A stretch of 64,000 bases of DNA from Histomonas meleagridis 2922-C6/04-290x (Eukaryota; Protista; Parabasalia), in contig JAANOX010000081.1 of the NCBI GenBank assembly GCA_020184695.1, positions 266,342-330,341 of the forward strand. Reading direction: 5' to 3'. The position numbers were made by a program, and so were the translations under genes. Positions 33,904-45,471 of the stretch are shown here, one piece after another (position 1 is the stretch's first letter; every line of letters begins with the position of its first letter). The notes under the pieces were generated by a model that made no database searches, was not told where the DNA came from, and saw nothing but the letters and a program-made list of their open reading frames with translations.

Positions 33904-34274
33904 ATAAATGTTTGTGTAATCTTTTGCATATTTTTATATTTTAATGTTGAATATAAATCAATTAAAATTTTTTACGTTTGTAATGAGCTTCAGATAATAA
34001 ATTCCATTGAATTGTTTATTTATTAATGATTATGATTTTATAAAAAAAAAATTATTCAGTAATGCACATTATGTGCTTTTTTTTAATCATGATATTTTTT
34101 TGTATACAAATTTAAATTAAATGAAAAGTATTGCAATTTTTTATATAATAATTTTAGTAGCATTATAATGCATTTCATGAAATTTAATATTACTTAACAA
34201 CTTTTATCAAAATGATTGCAAATTTAAACTGAAATCATCAAAACTGTTCTTCACTTCACATGGATTGACTATTT

Positions 34275-34280
34275 TCACTT
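34275..34280 (+). promoter_or_regulatory. Trichomonad initiator (Inr)-like motif TCACTT
   Basis: Matches the TCA(+1)PyT/A Inr consensus, ending 10 nt before the PRP3 ATG. A short motif in AT-rich DNA can occur by chance. Confidence 0.4.
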
Positions 34281-34290
34281 AACATGTCAA

Positions 34291-35889
34291 ATGGATGGGG
34301 TGAGACTTGATCAGCTCAAAATCAAAAAATTTTTGGAACCATGGATTGACGAAACAAGTAGGAAATATCCAGTTCTATTGGAACCTGTTGTCCGCTCCAT
34401 TATAATTTCTAGTGCTAAGAAAGGTAGTTCTCTTGAATCACAAATTCAAAATTTTTTCCCACGAGAAAAAGATTTAAGACATTTCTTAAAAAAATACAAT
34501 CATGCTGTACGTAAATTTGCACAAAAAGATGTAAATTCTTTCATCACTTCATCAGAAAAAAGGAAAACATCTCCTCCACGAAAATATCGACAACCAAGAG
34601 AAAACCCGTTTCGAGACCATCATTCACACCAAAACGTTAGACCAGTTGAACAAAATATTAATCTTCCACCACAAACCCCAACTATTCCAACAAACAGCTC
34701 TTCACCAGCTCCATCATATTTTCTTGATTCAGCATCTGTATCACTCCGTAAAGCAGATCAAAAAATCAAACCGTTACTTTTTAATTCAGAAGGCAAACGC
34801 GTTGATGAAGAAGGCAATCTTATAAAAGATGAATTTGTTCATAGGAAGGTTGAAGTTGCTAAAGTACCAATTGATAGGCGTATTCCCACTGTTTCTAGAC
34901 CACTAAATCGTGATTTTCGATTCATTGAACCCGGTGAAATTATCCAAGAAACAGAAGAAAAAAGAAATGAATTCCTTGTAGACATGTCTGTTGTCAATGG
35001 TCTTTCTATTTTTGACACGATCGCACTTGCAAGGAATTTCGAGAAGCCGTTTATTGATTGGTGGGATTTACCGTTTGTGGAGCTTGACGATAACAACCGT
35101 CCTATCGTCGATGATAACGGTTTATGGGTGCCCAATTATTCGACCGTTAACAACGAATATGAAAATGCTGCTCCTGTCCCATTCCACAAACCGATTGAAA
35201 AAGAAGTTCCTACTATATTGACTCCTAAGGAACGAAAGCGATTACGTCATATTAACAAACTTAACAAACAGAATGAAGAACGGCTTATGATCAAATTAAA
35301 TCTTAAACCAAAAGAACCTTCACGTATTAAAATGAGCCAAATGATTAAACTAAATGGTGGAAAGTCTGTTCTTACTCCAACAATGGTTGAACTTGAAATC
35401 AAGAAAAATAAAGAAGATCGAATACAAAAACATATTGAACACAATCAAGCAGCTAAACTCACTCCAGAGCAGCGTCATGATAAGAACGTCAGTAAGAGAA
35501 AAGCAGACTCTGAGGAAAATGTTACAATTACTGTATTTGCAATTAAAAACCTGAATAACCCATTACACTTCGCCAAATTGACGAGCATGGGTAAGAAGTG
35601 GTTTATGACAGGAGGCATTTTCGTTGTTGATCATCCACAAATGAGTTTTGTAATTGCCGAAGCAGGACCAAAGGGCACTCGCAAGTATTGTGCGCTCATA
35701 AACCAGCGAATAAAGTGGAGTGAAACCGGATCAGAGGCAATAATGACTTTCCAAGGATACACATCGAGGAGACATTTCTATAACTTCAAGAAATATAAAT
35801 TCGACGTTGCAACCCAGTGTAGAAAGTTCTGTGGCGAAAATGGGTGTGAGTCTCTTTTCGATTCTGCGAGCCAAGTATTCAATGGCTAA
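34291..35889 (+). CDS. PRP3: U4/U6 snRNP protein Prp3
   Basis: N-terminal PWI-like region, IDWWD, LTPKERKRLR, PSRIKMSQMI, R...HIEHN...KLTPEQR, and a C-terminal domain with AEAGPKG..KY..L..QRIKW. Confidence 0.9.
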   Translation: MDGVRLDQLKIKKFLEPWIDETSRKYPVLLEPVVRSIIISSAKKGSSLESQIQNFFPREKDLRHFLKKYNHAVRKFAQKDVNSFITSSEKRKTSPPRKYRQPRENPFRDHHSHQNVRPVEQNINLPPQTPTIPTNSSSPAPSYFLDSASVSLRKADQKIKPLLFNSEGKRVDEEGNLIKDEFVHRKVEVAKVPIDRRIPTVSRPLNRDFRFIEPGEIIQETEEKRNEFLVDMSVVNGLSIFDTIALARNFEKPFIDWWDLPFVELDDNNRPIVDDNGLWVPNYSTVNNEYENAAPVPFHKPIEKEVPTILTPKERKRLRHINKLNKQNEERLMIKLNLKPKEPSRIKMSQMIKLNGGKSVLTPTMVELEIKKNKEDRIQKHIEHNQAAKLTPEQRHDKNVSKRKADSEENVTITVFAIKNLNNPLHFAKLTSMGKKWFMTGGIFVVDHPQMSFVIAEAGPKGTRKYCALINQRIKWSETGSEAIMTFQGYTSRRHFYNFKKYKFDVATQCRKFCGENGCESLFDSASQVFNG

Positions 35890-36164
35890 ATTTAGTAAAT
35901 ATTTATAACGAATTAAATCAAAAAAAAAAATTGGATTTTTTCCATTAGAATTCGAAAATCGGTTGTTATTTGCTGGTTATTATGACGTTAACACTTAAAA
36001 ATCAAATGTGAATTTGAATGATAATCTATAAGAAATGTGAAACAAACTGATATGCGATTTCTAATCAGTAAAGAAATTATTAGGGAATATTAGGATACAT
36101 ACAATTGGAGTTAGAAAGCTATGTTAGTATGTATGAAAGTAAACGGTCTATCTAAGTAACCAAA

Positions 36165-37538
36165 ATGATAGAGAAAGAAAAACAAACAAAAATAGACAAA
36201 TTCGAACATTTAGACATAACTTTTGGTCCAGAAATTAAATTACCAAATGAGTCTTTTGAAGAAGCATTTTCATTTGCAATTAATAAAATTTTTAATCAAA
36301 CAGATCCTAACATAATTATAAAATGTTTAAGCACAATTCTTTGTTCTATATCCATAAACCCAGAATTAAAAAGCTTCGTTACAAATCTTCAATTTTTTGA
36401 ATTTTGTAGAATACATTTTTCTTCAGATAATCCCATTCCATCAATCACAAGCTTTATAATTCAAATTTTAACACATCTTTTTACAATCCAATTATTTGTA
36501 GAAAATGAGCAAATTTGGAATGTTTTGATTACTCTAATAATTTCCAAAATCCCAATGAAAGCATCCATTAAATTTTTTAACAATATTCTAGGTATTGATA
36601 TCAATTTTAGCAGACTTTTAATAGAACGTTTGAATCTCATCAATTTATTAATCAAATCACTTTCCTTTTTTTCCCAATTCCAATTTTTCCAGAAGTCAAC
36701 GATTAAGCTCCTCCAACGCTACCAACACCTTTACAGATTAAACAAACAACAATGTGAAGAAATGATTCAACTTTTTTATATTTCGCTTCAACCCAAAGAA
36801 AGACTTCATCGTGATGCGCAGAAACCGTTTGCGATGTTTTTCTTAACGTACCCCGATCCAATTCTTATGGATATGTTTCTTCAGTCGGAAGCATTTTTTT
36901 TTATTTGGCATAACTTTAATAAGCCATGTTTTTCGATAGCGAGGAAGTTAATTCTAAGATATCTTGATAAAATTCTTACGTCATCACCTGAGAGAGCACT
37001 TTTTTTATTGAAAAGTGACGTGCGGGGATTCATTATTACTGGAATGAATTCTATCCCAAATTTACCTGAATACTTTATGCAGTTAATATTAAATATATCT
37101 AAGCTATCACAAGAAATTTGCTTTGACTTCTTTAACAAAGAATTAAATGAAATAATTGAAAATGTTTTTGCAGAATCAACTTTTAAAGTGAAATCATTGA
37201 TATGCGAATATTTAATTCTTCTTGTCTTAAATTGTCCAACAAATCTTTTAGTATTGAACTCAATCGAAAAATATTCAGAGAGCTTTTTGTTAACAGTTGA
37301 TGTAATTTTTGACGAAAAATCAAATCTTCAATTAATTAAAAATTGCTTAATGTTGTTTAATTCTGTTGCATCATTGTTCCAAAAAGATGAACAGCAACAA
37401 ATGCACCCAATTTATTCTAAACTTTATGAGTATATATGTGGTATTGATTTTAGAGAACATTTAAGTGAATTGATTTCATATGAACAACCTGAAATTCAAC
37501 AATTGGCTTGCTATCTTTTGGAAATAGATTCTGATTGA
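36165..37538 (+). CDS. Hypothetical alpha-helical (ARM/HEAT-like) protein
   Basis: 457-aa ORF with a Leu/Ile/Phe-rich helical pattern. The fold assignment is inference. Confidence 0.7.
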   Translation: MIEKEKQTKIDKFEHLDITFGPEIKLPNESFEEAFSFAINKIFNQTDPNIIIKCLSTILCSISINPELKSFVTNLQFFEFCRIHFSSDNPIPSITSFIIQILTHLFTIQLFVENEQIWNVLITLIISKIPMKASIKFFNNILGIDINFSRLLIERLNLINLLIKSLSFFSQFQFFQKSTIKLLQRYQHLYRLNKQQCEEMIQLFYISLQPKERLHRDAQKPFAMFFLTYPDPILMDMFLQSEAFFFIWHNFNKPCFSIARKLILRYLDKILTSSPERALFLLKSDVRGFIITGMNSIPNLPEYFMQLILNISKLSQEICFDFFNKELNEIIENVFAESTFKVKSLICEYLILLVLNCPTNLLVLNSIEKYSESFLLTVDVIFDEKSNLQLIKNCLMLFNSVASLFQKDEQQQMHPIYSKLYEYICGIDFREHLSELISYEQPEIQQLACYLLEIDSD

Positions 37539-37628
37539 TAAATAAATGTTTAATATGGTGAAATAATTTAAATTTTTTTCAATGTTCAGAAATTTTTAAA
37601 ATGGCATAAAAATTGTGTGAAAATCGAA

Positions 37629-38132
37629 ATGCCAATTATAATGAAAACAGAAAAAATTAAAAAGCCTCCAAATGCATATCTCCTTTTTTGTTCAGAAAAT
37701 AGAGAAATACTTGGAAAAGAAAATCCATTTCTTACAAATAAAGATATAACTCAATTACTTGGAACAAAATGGGCGTCCATGACAGAAGAAGAAAAAGCTC
37801 CATATAAAGACTCTGCAAGTATTGCACGTGCTCAATTTAAAACAGAACATCCTGATTATTGTTACGAAAACTGTAGGAAAAAGAAAAAAATTGCTCAACT
37901 CAGAGAGGAAAATGCAAAATCAAACGAAAATAATCAAAACTCTTCATTGCCAGAATCAGACCTTTCAAATCCTTCCCAATTTTTAATATGGGTTGGAACT
38001 CAACTTTTGTTGGGTAATTTTGATTATGTTCAATCAAATCAAGTTGACCAAACATCAATTTTCAACCCTGAACATACGCTTATACCAGCAAGACAAGATA
38101 ATGATATCCAAAGCGAAACAAGCTTTTCGTAG
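37629..38132 (+). CDS. HMG-box protein
   Basis: KKPPNAYLLF...R..L..ENP...NKDIT.LLG..W..MTEEEK.PY...A...F..EHPDY. Confidence 0.9.
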   Translation: MPIIMKTEKIKKPPNAYLLFCSENREILGKENPFLTNKDITQLLGTKWASMTEEEKAPYKDSASIARAQFKTEHPDYCYENCRKKKKIAQLREENAKSNENNQNSSLPESDLSNPSQFLIWVGTQLLLGNFDYVQSNQVDQTSIFNPEHTLIPARQDNDIQSETSFS

Positions 38133-38705
38133 AATAATTATTGTCCAACAAACTGCCCTTATTTCATCTAGTTCAGGACCACTTTTGAGAGAAATTCCCA
38201 TGGGCACCAAATCCACTTTTTCATATAAAATAAAGTTATCAATAAATTTGTAAATTAAACAAATTTTACTTTTATGTGCTTGATTAAGCAAAGAGTTAGG
38301 CGTGCCTTCAAAAAAGTCCAGTTTGACCTCATCCAACCATTATTTAGTTGGTTCAAGTTCAAAGGCACTGGGTTTGTATCATTTTTGTGACTGTGAAATA
38401 GATTTTCAGCGATATTATAACATAATTGAAATCAATTTTTGAATGATATGCATAAGAAATCTGTTACTTCATGGTGGTGTTGTCAGGAATTCCATTTTTT
38501 TCATTATTTTCACATTATCGATTTGTATCTCCGTATTACACAAAAAAATTATAAACTATTCAAAAACAGTGATCACTGTTTCGGTTAATATATATAGAAT
38601 TATTTTTAAAAACATAAACTTCACAAAATTCAATAGGAAATTTTGAATCCATTAAAAAAGTGAATATTACTAAGTTGCGAAAGCTTTTATTGAAAGCTCA
38701 GCTTC

Positions 38706-39413
38706 TTATGCCCAAGCTTGGTCAGCCAATGTGTAATCATCGACGTATGGGTTTCTGTTACCTTGTGTTTGGTTGATTCTATCGTTACGGGTGATTTCTT
38801 GTTGGTTAGGTGGATATTCTCTGTTCCATTTCAAGAATGTTTGGAGGTTACCAACTTGGGAAATGTCATAGCTGTCGTACATTGTGTAGAAGTAGAGAAC
38901 GCCACGAGCAATTTGACCACGGTCAGCTTTTCTTGGCATCCATCTGTTGCCTTGGAGTAAGCAAGAGTATTCATCTGGGTTAGATGGTTTTGAGGTTGAG
39001 CATTGAGAACCTTTGCAGAACTTCTTGCATTGGCTATAGTCATCTTCTTCGAATGGGAAGTTAGATCTAGCACTGTTAACCTTTGAAGCAGATGGGTAAA
39101 GATGGTGGATATCAGAAACCATGGGTGATTTCTTTCCGAAGAAGCTTTGTGGAACGCTATGTTCGCAGTTAATATCGTTAGCAGATGGTTTTGAGGTTCT
39201 TCCGCACTTCCATGGGTATGTGGTTCCAGAGTAGATTAAGAACATTTGACCATCAGTGCAATCAATGTCGTTATACATGTAGACACGTGCAGTGCTGTAT
39301 GAGAATGCAGTGTGATCTTTGTATTCCCTCTTAAGCTTTTGACGGAGTGATTCTCCCTTAAGTCCGTTTGTAGGGATGTGCTTGTTAATGAGGCACAAAA
39401 GGAAAGCAAGCAT
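38706..39413 (-). CDS. Secreted endonuclease I family (His-Me finger, bacterial type) nuclease
   Basis: Signal-like N-terminus MLAFLLCLI; motifs NCEHSVPQS, SDIHHLYP, VNSARSN, GQIARGVLYF, E..RN..I...QGNRNPYVD. Confidence 0.88.
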   Translation of the reverse strand: MLAFLLCLINKHIPTNGLKGESLRQKLKREYKDHTAFSYSTARVYMYNDIDCTDGQMFLIYSGTTYPWKCGRTSKPSANDINCEHSVPQSFFGKKSPMVSDIHHLYPSASKVNSARSNFPFEEDDYSQCKKFCKGSQCSTSKPSNPDEYSCLLQGNRWMPRKADRGQIARGVLYFYTMYDSYDISQVGNLQTFLKWNREYPPNQQEITRNDRINQTQGNRNPYVDDYTLADQAWA

Positions 39414-41035
39414 TTAAAAATGTGGGCTCCAAAAGTGGATTTTAAAGCATTGAAAATTGAATAGTTGTTAGTGTATTGATTTGAATGCAGCCCCAACCTA
39501 AACTGTCAAATTTGAATGCATAGTTTTCGCAACAAACCGAAATTGAAATGTTCATGGACAAAAATGTATTTTTTCCGTTAACATCAAAGCACTTTAAAAA
39601 AATAATTTAAAGTAAATAAATAAATATATTATTTATTATTTAGAGAAGTTAAATAATATTAATACAAAATGTACACGAATTTATTTCTATTTATTAATTT
39701 GAATACCTCAGAAAATTAAGTCATATGACTTTTAACCACGTTTTTGAGCTGTTTATGGGTTTTATCGTAAAAAATGCGTTCCCTTGGTGTGCCAAACAAG
39801 TTTCCATGCATCATATGAATAAGATTCTTCATCACCTTATTGTTCTTTTTATTTATAACGATTAGTCATCATCACATTAAAAGATAAATGTGTTTATAAC
39901 CAAATATGTGATTGTAAAATTCACTTTCTGTAGTTTACATATGTTTGCTTGGCAACCGGGGAAGGTGTTTTGCAGCTGTGATGGTTAAAAATGAAATTGC
40001 ATGACTGAAAATGATGTTTTGTTTATAATAAAATTAGGGAATAATTTTTTGTTATTAAAAATCTGAGTGAGATTATACTAATAAACCATGGTACTGTTAA
40101 AATCCTTAGCAATTAATTTCTGAGATGATGAATTTATGTTCTAATTCTCGTTTCTTTAACTATACTCCACTTAATGATATCTTAATAAATGAAATAATGT
40201 AATATGCATATCATCTTTTGAATCTTTATAATACTCAGTTACATCTTCCTCAACCACAGTTCCATCACGAAGACTTTATCAGAATCTGGAGATTGTGTTG
40301 ATTCTGCATATTACTATGAAATTGAATATGTCCCAATCGAAAATGTTTTTAACACTGAAACAAAAATTTAATCCGAAAGTTTATGTGTTTTCAGTGCAAA
40401 ATGTGTATATGAACTTATAATAATAAGGATAGGATTCAAAAATGAAACTGAGTTGTTTTTGTCGGAAGAAAGACTAAACACATTAAACGCTGACTTTATA
40501 TCAGGAGAAATAATAAATAGTGCTATAAAACGATAGCAGCTTATGCCAAAAATCCAAAAATAAATAAATCAACTGTTTCGGTTATTTTTCCAAAAAAATG
40601 AATTTTATATTTGAGCGTTCATGAGTTTGATTTATTTGAAACTTATTTTATTAAGTTATATGTGATTTATTTCATTTTATTTGTTATATTTGTTTCTATC
40701 TCCCAGTTTTTCATATACGAATTTACTCATTTTGCACAGTGATACTATCCTATTTTTTTGAACTGAGTTTTCAAGAACTTTTCCATATCATTTAATGAAG
40801 CACTGAATGATGAAATTTCATTATTAATTTTATGTTTTTTGTTCACACATTTACATATTATTCAACATAATTTTATATATTTCTTTCAAAATCTATTGAA
40901 CCCTTCCATGGATATTCTAAAGTCCTTCTTCAAATGGATGCGATTTCCCAATTGACATGAAAATGATTTGTGAAAAGTAATACAAACAAAACGCATAATT
41001 ACATATATCATTTTTACAAACACAAAATGGATATT

Positions 41036-43963
41036 TCAAAATTGGCAATCGAAGCTCGTCAAAATTGCCTGCACGTTTGCTCTTAAGAACTCGTCATCAG
41101 ATTTTGCGAATTTCTGCAAGAACTGCAGCACGCCGACTGACTTAATTATTTTTCTAGTTTCGTCGAACACGCAAAACACAGCGAATGGTTGGATCAACAT
41201 TTTCAACATCTCTTCGCCGCTCATCATTTTCTTAATCAATTTTTCCAATGCTCCAATTTTGATCAAGTTTAAAACTCTTTTTTCATTTTTTCGTATATAA
41301 TTTGCGATTACATAACATGTGAACTCGACCATTTTCATATCTTTCGAATCAATTAAGTCGACTAAAACTGAAACAATTCCATTAACATATATAGAGATAT
41401 CATCCGAATAATATAATTCATTCCCTAAAATCATCAAAACAAATTTATTAACATTAATTTCATTAATTAATATCGGAATTATTATGTCAACAAATTCGTT
41501 TGGTATTTGAACATATTTTGTAATGTTAGCTAATAAACTTGAAACTCGAACATTTAATGTTTTATTATTGAACTTTAATATGTTAATAATTATATTATAT
41601 ATATTAAAATTAATTAGTTCAGTTACATATTCATTTGAAATCCGTGCTAAATGTGAACATATTATTAATGAATATTCGATAATATCATCAATAGAGAAAA
41701 TTGTTGTTAAAATTTCGTTTAAATTATTTGTTATTGTTTGGCATTTGTTATCATATGATAAAATTATATAACTAAGTAAAATGATTAATGAATTAATAGT
41801 ATTAATTTCATTAGTTTTAGTAATTGTTCTACAAATTACTGAAATTGCTCCTGCGTCACTAATGTTATGTAATATTTCGTTATTAATTTCATTCGATAAT
41901 ATATAATTACTAATCATCTCTGAACATATATTAATATTAAACAATGTTAAAAACATTGAAAGATTTGAGTTGATGACTTCGGTCGGTAATTTTAAGATCG
42001 ATTCTAATAACGATGGAATATGTATAGGTAATAAATATGATATTCGTTTGATACATATATCAAACAGTAAGTCATCAATCGTAATACTTTTAAATGGAGA
42101 TTCGCCAATACATATATAACTAATGACATCAAGTGTTTCATGTGGTACTTGTGTTCCAATTGTTAATATAGTTTCAATGTTTTGTTGAACGAATAAGAAA
42201 GTGTTGATAAAATTGTTGAATTTGGTTAAGTTAATCTGTGTTGGAATACGACGTTGGAACTCGGGATTTTGTTTAAGAATAAAAAATGTTTTGGAACAAA
42301 ATGATATAGCTGAAGAAAAACTGGAAAATTGTTGTATGCTTTTGGGTATATTTTGTAAGAGCAAAAATAAACTATCTAAAAATGTTGGTAATGGAATAAT
42401 ATATTGAAATGACGTGTTGTTACGTTCAATGATTCTAGAGAGAACCGTTAAGGCCGAGGCGGTTACTATCGGTAGGTGGCGGTTAATGGCTGATGTGATC
42501 AAAGGAACATATTGGGACGAATTGGAGCCACAAAGTGTATCAAGAAAAGTTTCAGAACACTCAGTAAGATAACACATAAAAGAATATGATTTTGAGAGTG
42601 ATTCCGAATTTGAAACATAAAAGATGGAAAAAAGAGAGTTGCGGAGACGAATAGAAAATTGACTAGAAAGTATGGGAATTTTTACAGGTGATTCACTAAG
42701 ATAAATTTTAGAGATTGAATATGGGATGATTAAAAGTTCGGTATAAAAGTCAATGAGAGACGTAGTAAGTTCTATGTTAGAATTAGTAAGAAGTGATACG
42801 CCAGAAGAAAGAGGTGTTAAGTATTGCTTAGAATTTTTTTGAAGAAGATATGTTGCAATGTGAATTGAATCTTCAACTGCACCTGGTATCGAAATGAAAT
42901 CAGAGAAATGAATTGCAAATGATGAAAAAAGAGCGCTTTTGTCTGTTTGAGATTCTTCTTCCAAAATTTTGGATAAATATTTTACAGATTTGACAATGTT
43001 TTCATGTGTAAAATTCGACGGGTTTGCAAATACTGATTGATAATTTATTCCAATTTCATTTGGATGAAAATTTGATATTTCTGGATCTTGAAGTGCACTT
43101 GAAAATTGATCGGATTTATATTGAAAAAACGTATCGTCAAACGGTTGGAGCTTAACGTTCGCAATGAATGGGTGTGAAAGAAGTTCTTTGCAGGAAGGAC
43201 GCTTCGTGGGATCCTTTTGAAGCATTTTGGATAGAAAATCTTTGAAACTATCTGAGATTGGATCAATCCAAGCAATTGATTCCTTTGAAATCATTTGTAT
43301 TAATGTATATATTGAATTAGTATAAAATGGTGGCTTACCATAATATAGCTCATAAAGAATGATACCAAGTGACCAAATGTCGATTTTCTCGTCATAAGGT
43401 TGCTCTTGAACAAGTTCAGGAGCCATGTATAATGGTGTTCCTTTAATTGACGTAAGAACAATGGTGTTGGCTGAAAGTGCTCTGGCAAACCCAAAGTCAC
43501 AAAGTTTTACTGATTCATTTGCACAAACTAAAATATTTTGTGGTTTGATATCCCTATGAATTATATGATTTTCATGAAGATTTCCAACTGCTGATACAAG
43601 CTGGGCAGCAATATGAGATAAAACTTCCTCTGGAAGCGTTTGGTTGTCATCAACAATTTGAAATAAATCACCTCGAGCAAGCTCTGAAATAACACAAAAA
43701 TCTGTTTTTGTTTCTAAAACATCTAGCATTCTCATCACATGAGGGTGATTAACTTTACGTAGGATATCTATTTCTCTACGGAATGAGATTATATCTTCTG
43801 GCGTTTGCCCAAGCTTATTAATCATTTTAATAGCAACGAATCTACCCGTATACTTTTCTCGTGCTTTGAATACTCGCCCAAATGAACCTTCTCCAATTTG
43901 GTGGAGAAGGTGGTAATTTTCCATTGCTGACAGATTGTTTTTTGTGAGAAAATATTTTGGCAT
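41036..43963 (-). CDS. Fused/STK36 (ULK-family) kinase with C-terminal ARM-like region
   Basis: Motifs IGEGSFGRVFK, HRDIKPQNIL, LCDFGFARA, SIKGTPLYMAPELVQEQPYD, DIWSLG, followed by a long helical tail. Confidence 0.9.
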   Translation of the reverse strand: MPKYFLTKNNLSAMENYHLLHQIGEGSFGRVFKAREKYTGRFVAIKMINKLGQTPEDIISFRREIDILRKVNHPHVMRMLDVLETKTDFCVISELARGDLFQIVDDNQTLPEEVLSHIAAQLVSAVGNLHENHIIHRDIKPQNILVCANESVKLCDFGFARALSANTIVLTSIKGTPLYMAPELVQEQPYDEKIDIWSLGIILYELYYGKPPFYTNSIYTLIQMISKESIAWIDPISDSFKDFLSKMLQKDPTKRPSCKELLSHPFIANVKLQPFDDTFFQYKSDQFSSALQDPEISNFHPNEIGINYQSVFANPSNFTHENIVKSVKYLSKILEEESQTDKSALFSSFAIHFSDFISIPGAVEDSIHIATYLLQKNSKQYLTPLSSGVSLLTNSNIELTTSLIDFYTELLIIPYSISKIYLSESPVKIPILSSQFSIRLRNSLFSIFYVSNSESLSKSYSFMCYLTECSETFLDTLCGSNSSQYVPLITSAINRHLPIVTASALTVLSRIIERNNTSFQYIIPLPTFLDSLFLLLQNIPKSIQQFSSFSSAISFCSKTFFILKQNPEFQRRIPTQINLTKFNNFINTFLFVQQNIETILTIGTQVPHETLDVISYICIGESPFKSITIDDLLFDICIKRISYLLPIHIPSLLESILKLPTEVINSNLSMFLTLFNINICSEMISNYILSNEINNEILHNISDAGAISVICRTITKTNEINTINSLIILLSYIILSYDNKCQTITNNLNEILTTIFSIDDIIEYSLIICSHLARISNEYVTELINFNIYNIIINILKFNNKTLNVRVSSLLANITKYVQIPNEFVDIIIPILINEINVNKFVLMILGNELYYSDDISIYVNGIVSVLVDLIDSKDMKMVEFTCYVIANYIRKNEKRVLNLIKIGALEKLIKKMMSGEEMLKMLIQPFAVFCVFDETRKIIKSVGVLQFLQKFAKSDDEFLRANVQAILTSFDCQF

Positions 43964-44091
43964 ATTATTTTTTTATGTATTTCAAACTAATCTAAATATT
44001 TCTCGTTTTTCGATATTGTTTTCAATTTGCGATTTGCATTAAATTCAAAAATTGTTAAAAATTTTCAATGATGTATTTATTTATTTTTTCT

Positions 44092-44388
44092 TTAGTCAAT
44101 ATATGATATTTCAACCCTGCTCATTAATGGTTTAATTAAATCGAGATTTACATCAAACCATCTTATTAATAATGGTTTTAATCTTTTTTCGCATCGTTTA
44201 AGTTTGATATTTAAATATTTTGAAAACATTGTTGCTATAATAAGGATGTCACTTAGTTTTAGTGTATCCCAACCCAATTTTCGAAATTCTTCCCAAGCAG
44301 GCGAATTTTTATAATCAAACAAATTATAACAATCCATCCGAGAGTATCTTTTTTCTTCTTTATTTAGGGGATGATCAACATCAGCCAT
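44092..44388 (-). CDS. Small hypothetical protein
   Basis: 98-aa ATG-initiated ORF with helical, basic character (KR.KPLLIRWFD). Function unknown. Confidence 0.6.
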   Translation of the reverse strand: MADVDHPLNKEEKRYSRMDCYNLFDYKNSPAWEEFRKLGWDTLKLSDILIIATMFSKYLNIKLKRCEKRLKPLLIRWFDVNLDLIKPLMSRVEISYID

Positions 44389-44713
44389 AAGTTTAAAATA
44401 GTTTTTGTGTTTCTAAATCTTTAGTTATATGACTGAATTTGTGGTTTAACTTTCCAAAATTTCTCTGGGTCTGCAACATTTTGTCGATATCTGCTTGTGA
44501 AAGACATCCTTTCTCACTCTTCAGGTTACCTGCCGAAACATTCTGTGGTACGCCGCGTGGTGCTGGCGGAATACCTGTTAAAACGAATGCAATTAAATTT
44601 CATCGAAAAGATGCAAAAAGTTTTCAAATGAATTCCACGAAAAATTCATTGGTGCAGTAGGCGCTTGCATATATTATGAAATTCTTTCTTTTTTGGAATC
44701 ACTTGGATATGGG

Positions 44714-45368
44714 ATGTATTCTTACTCATATTTTGAAAATTCAATTGAAAAAAGTAATGTGTTTCTCTTTAAATATTTCCAAAGATTTGGAATACCACCT
44801 TCAAAATCATTAATTATGGCTGTGCAGCAAAGAAATATGTAAATAACTCGTTACGTTTTCAAGCAACCAGGAGTTAATATAAATGAAGTATATAATATTT
44901 TTATAATTGCTTTGCAGTTTTCATTTTATGTTTATTACAGCACTTCACAAAGCAATTGAATGGAATAACATGGAAGCAGTAAGTTTAAGCATTATATTGT
45001 TACCAAGTAAATATCCAGATGAATTCAATGAGAACGTATTTAACACAACAGCGAAAGATCGCATCAGTATTTGTTTACCAAACAGAGATTCATATGATAT
45101 TTATGAAAAAGACTGCAACAGCGAAAAATATTGGAAAGGAATTAATATCGAAATTGATGATAATTTAGAAGACAAATGTAAAACATACAGTGATTTCACG
45201 AAATCTTTAGATATTAAAACTATCATCATAGTTTCGTGTGTTGCAAGTGTTGTTGTGGCATCAGGGTTTGTTATACTTTTTTGTTTGTATAGAAAGAACA
45301 AAAAAGAACGCGAAACACTCGAAAATACACCGCACTTAAGTATATCCATAGTCTACTCTGTCATTTAA
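44714..45368 (+). pseudogene. Chimeric ankyrin fragment fused to a TM-tailed segment, with two 17-nt inserts and one in-frame stop
   Basis: The frame from ATG 44714 has TAA at 44840-44842. Inserts at 44897-44913 and 44917-44933 flank one GCA codon, giving NEVYN-A-ITALHKA. The downstream part ends in a TM helix (IIIVSCVASVVVASGFVILFCLY). Confidence 0.55.
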
Positions 45369-45471
45369 AAAAAAAAAAAATTTAATCTAACACATATTTA
45401 TGCCATCAAATTTAATCGAAATTTTAATAAAAAATTTTATTACAATTAATTTTATCTCTTTATCGGATAGT

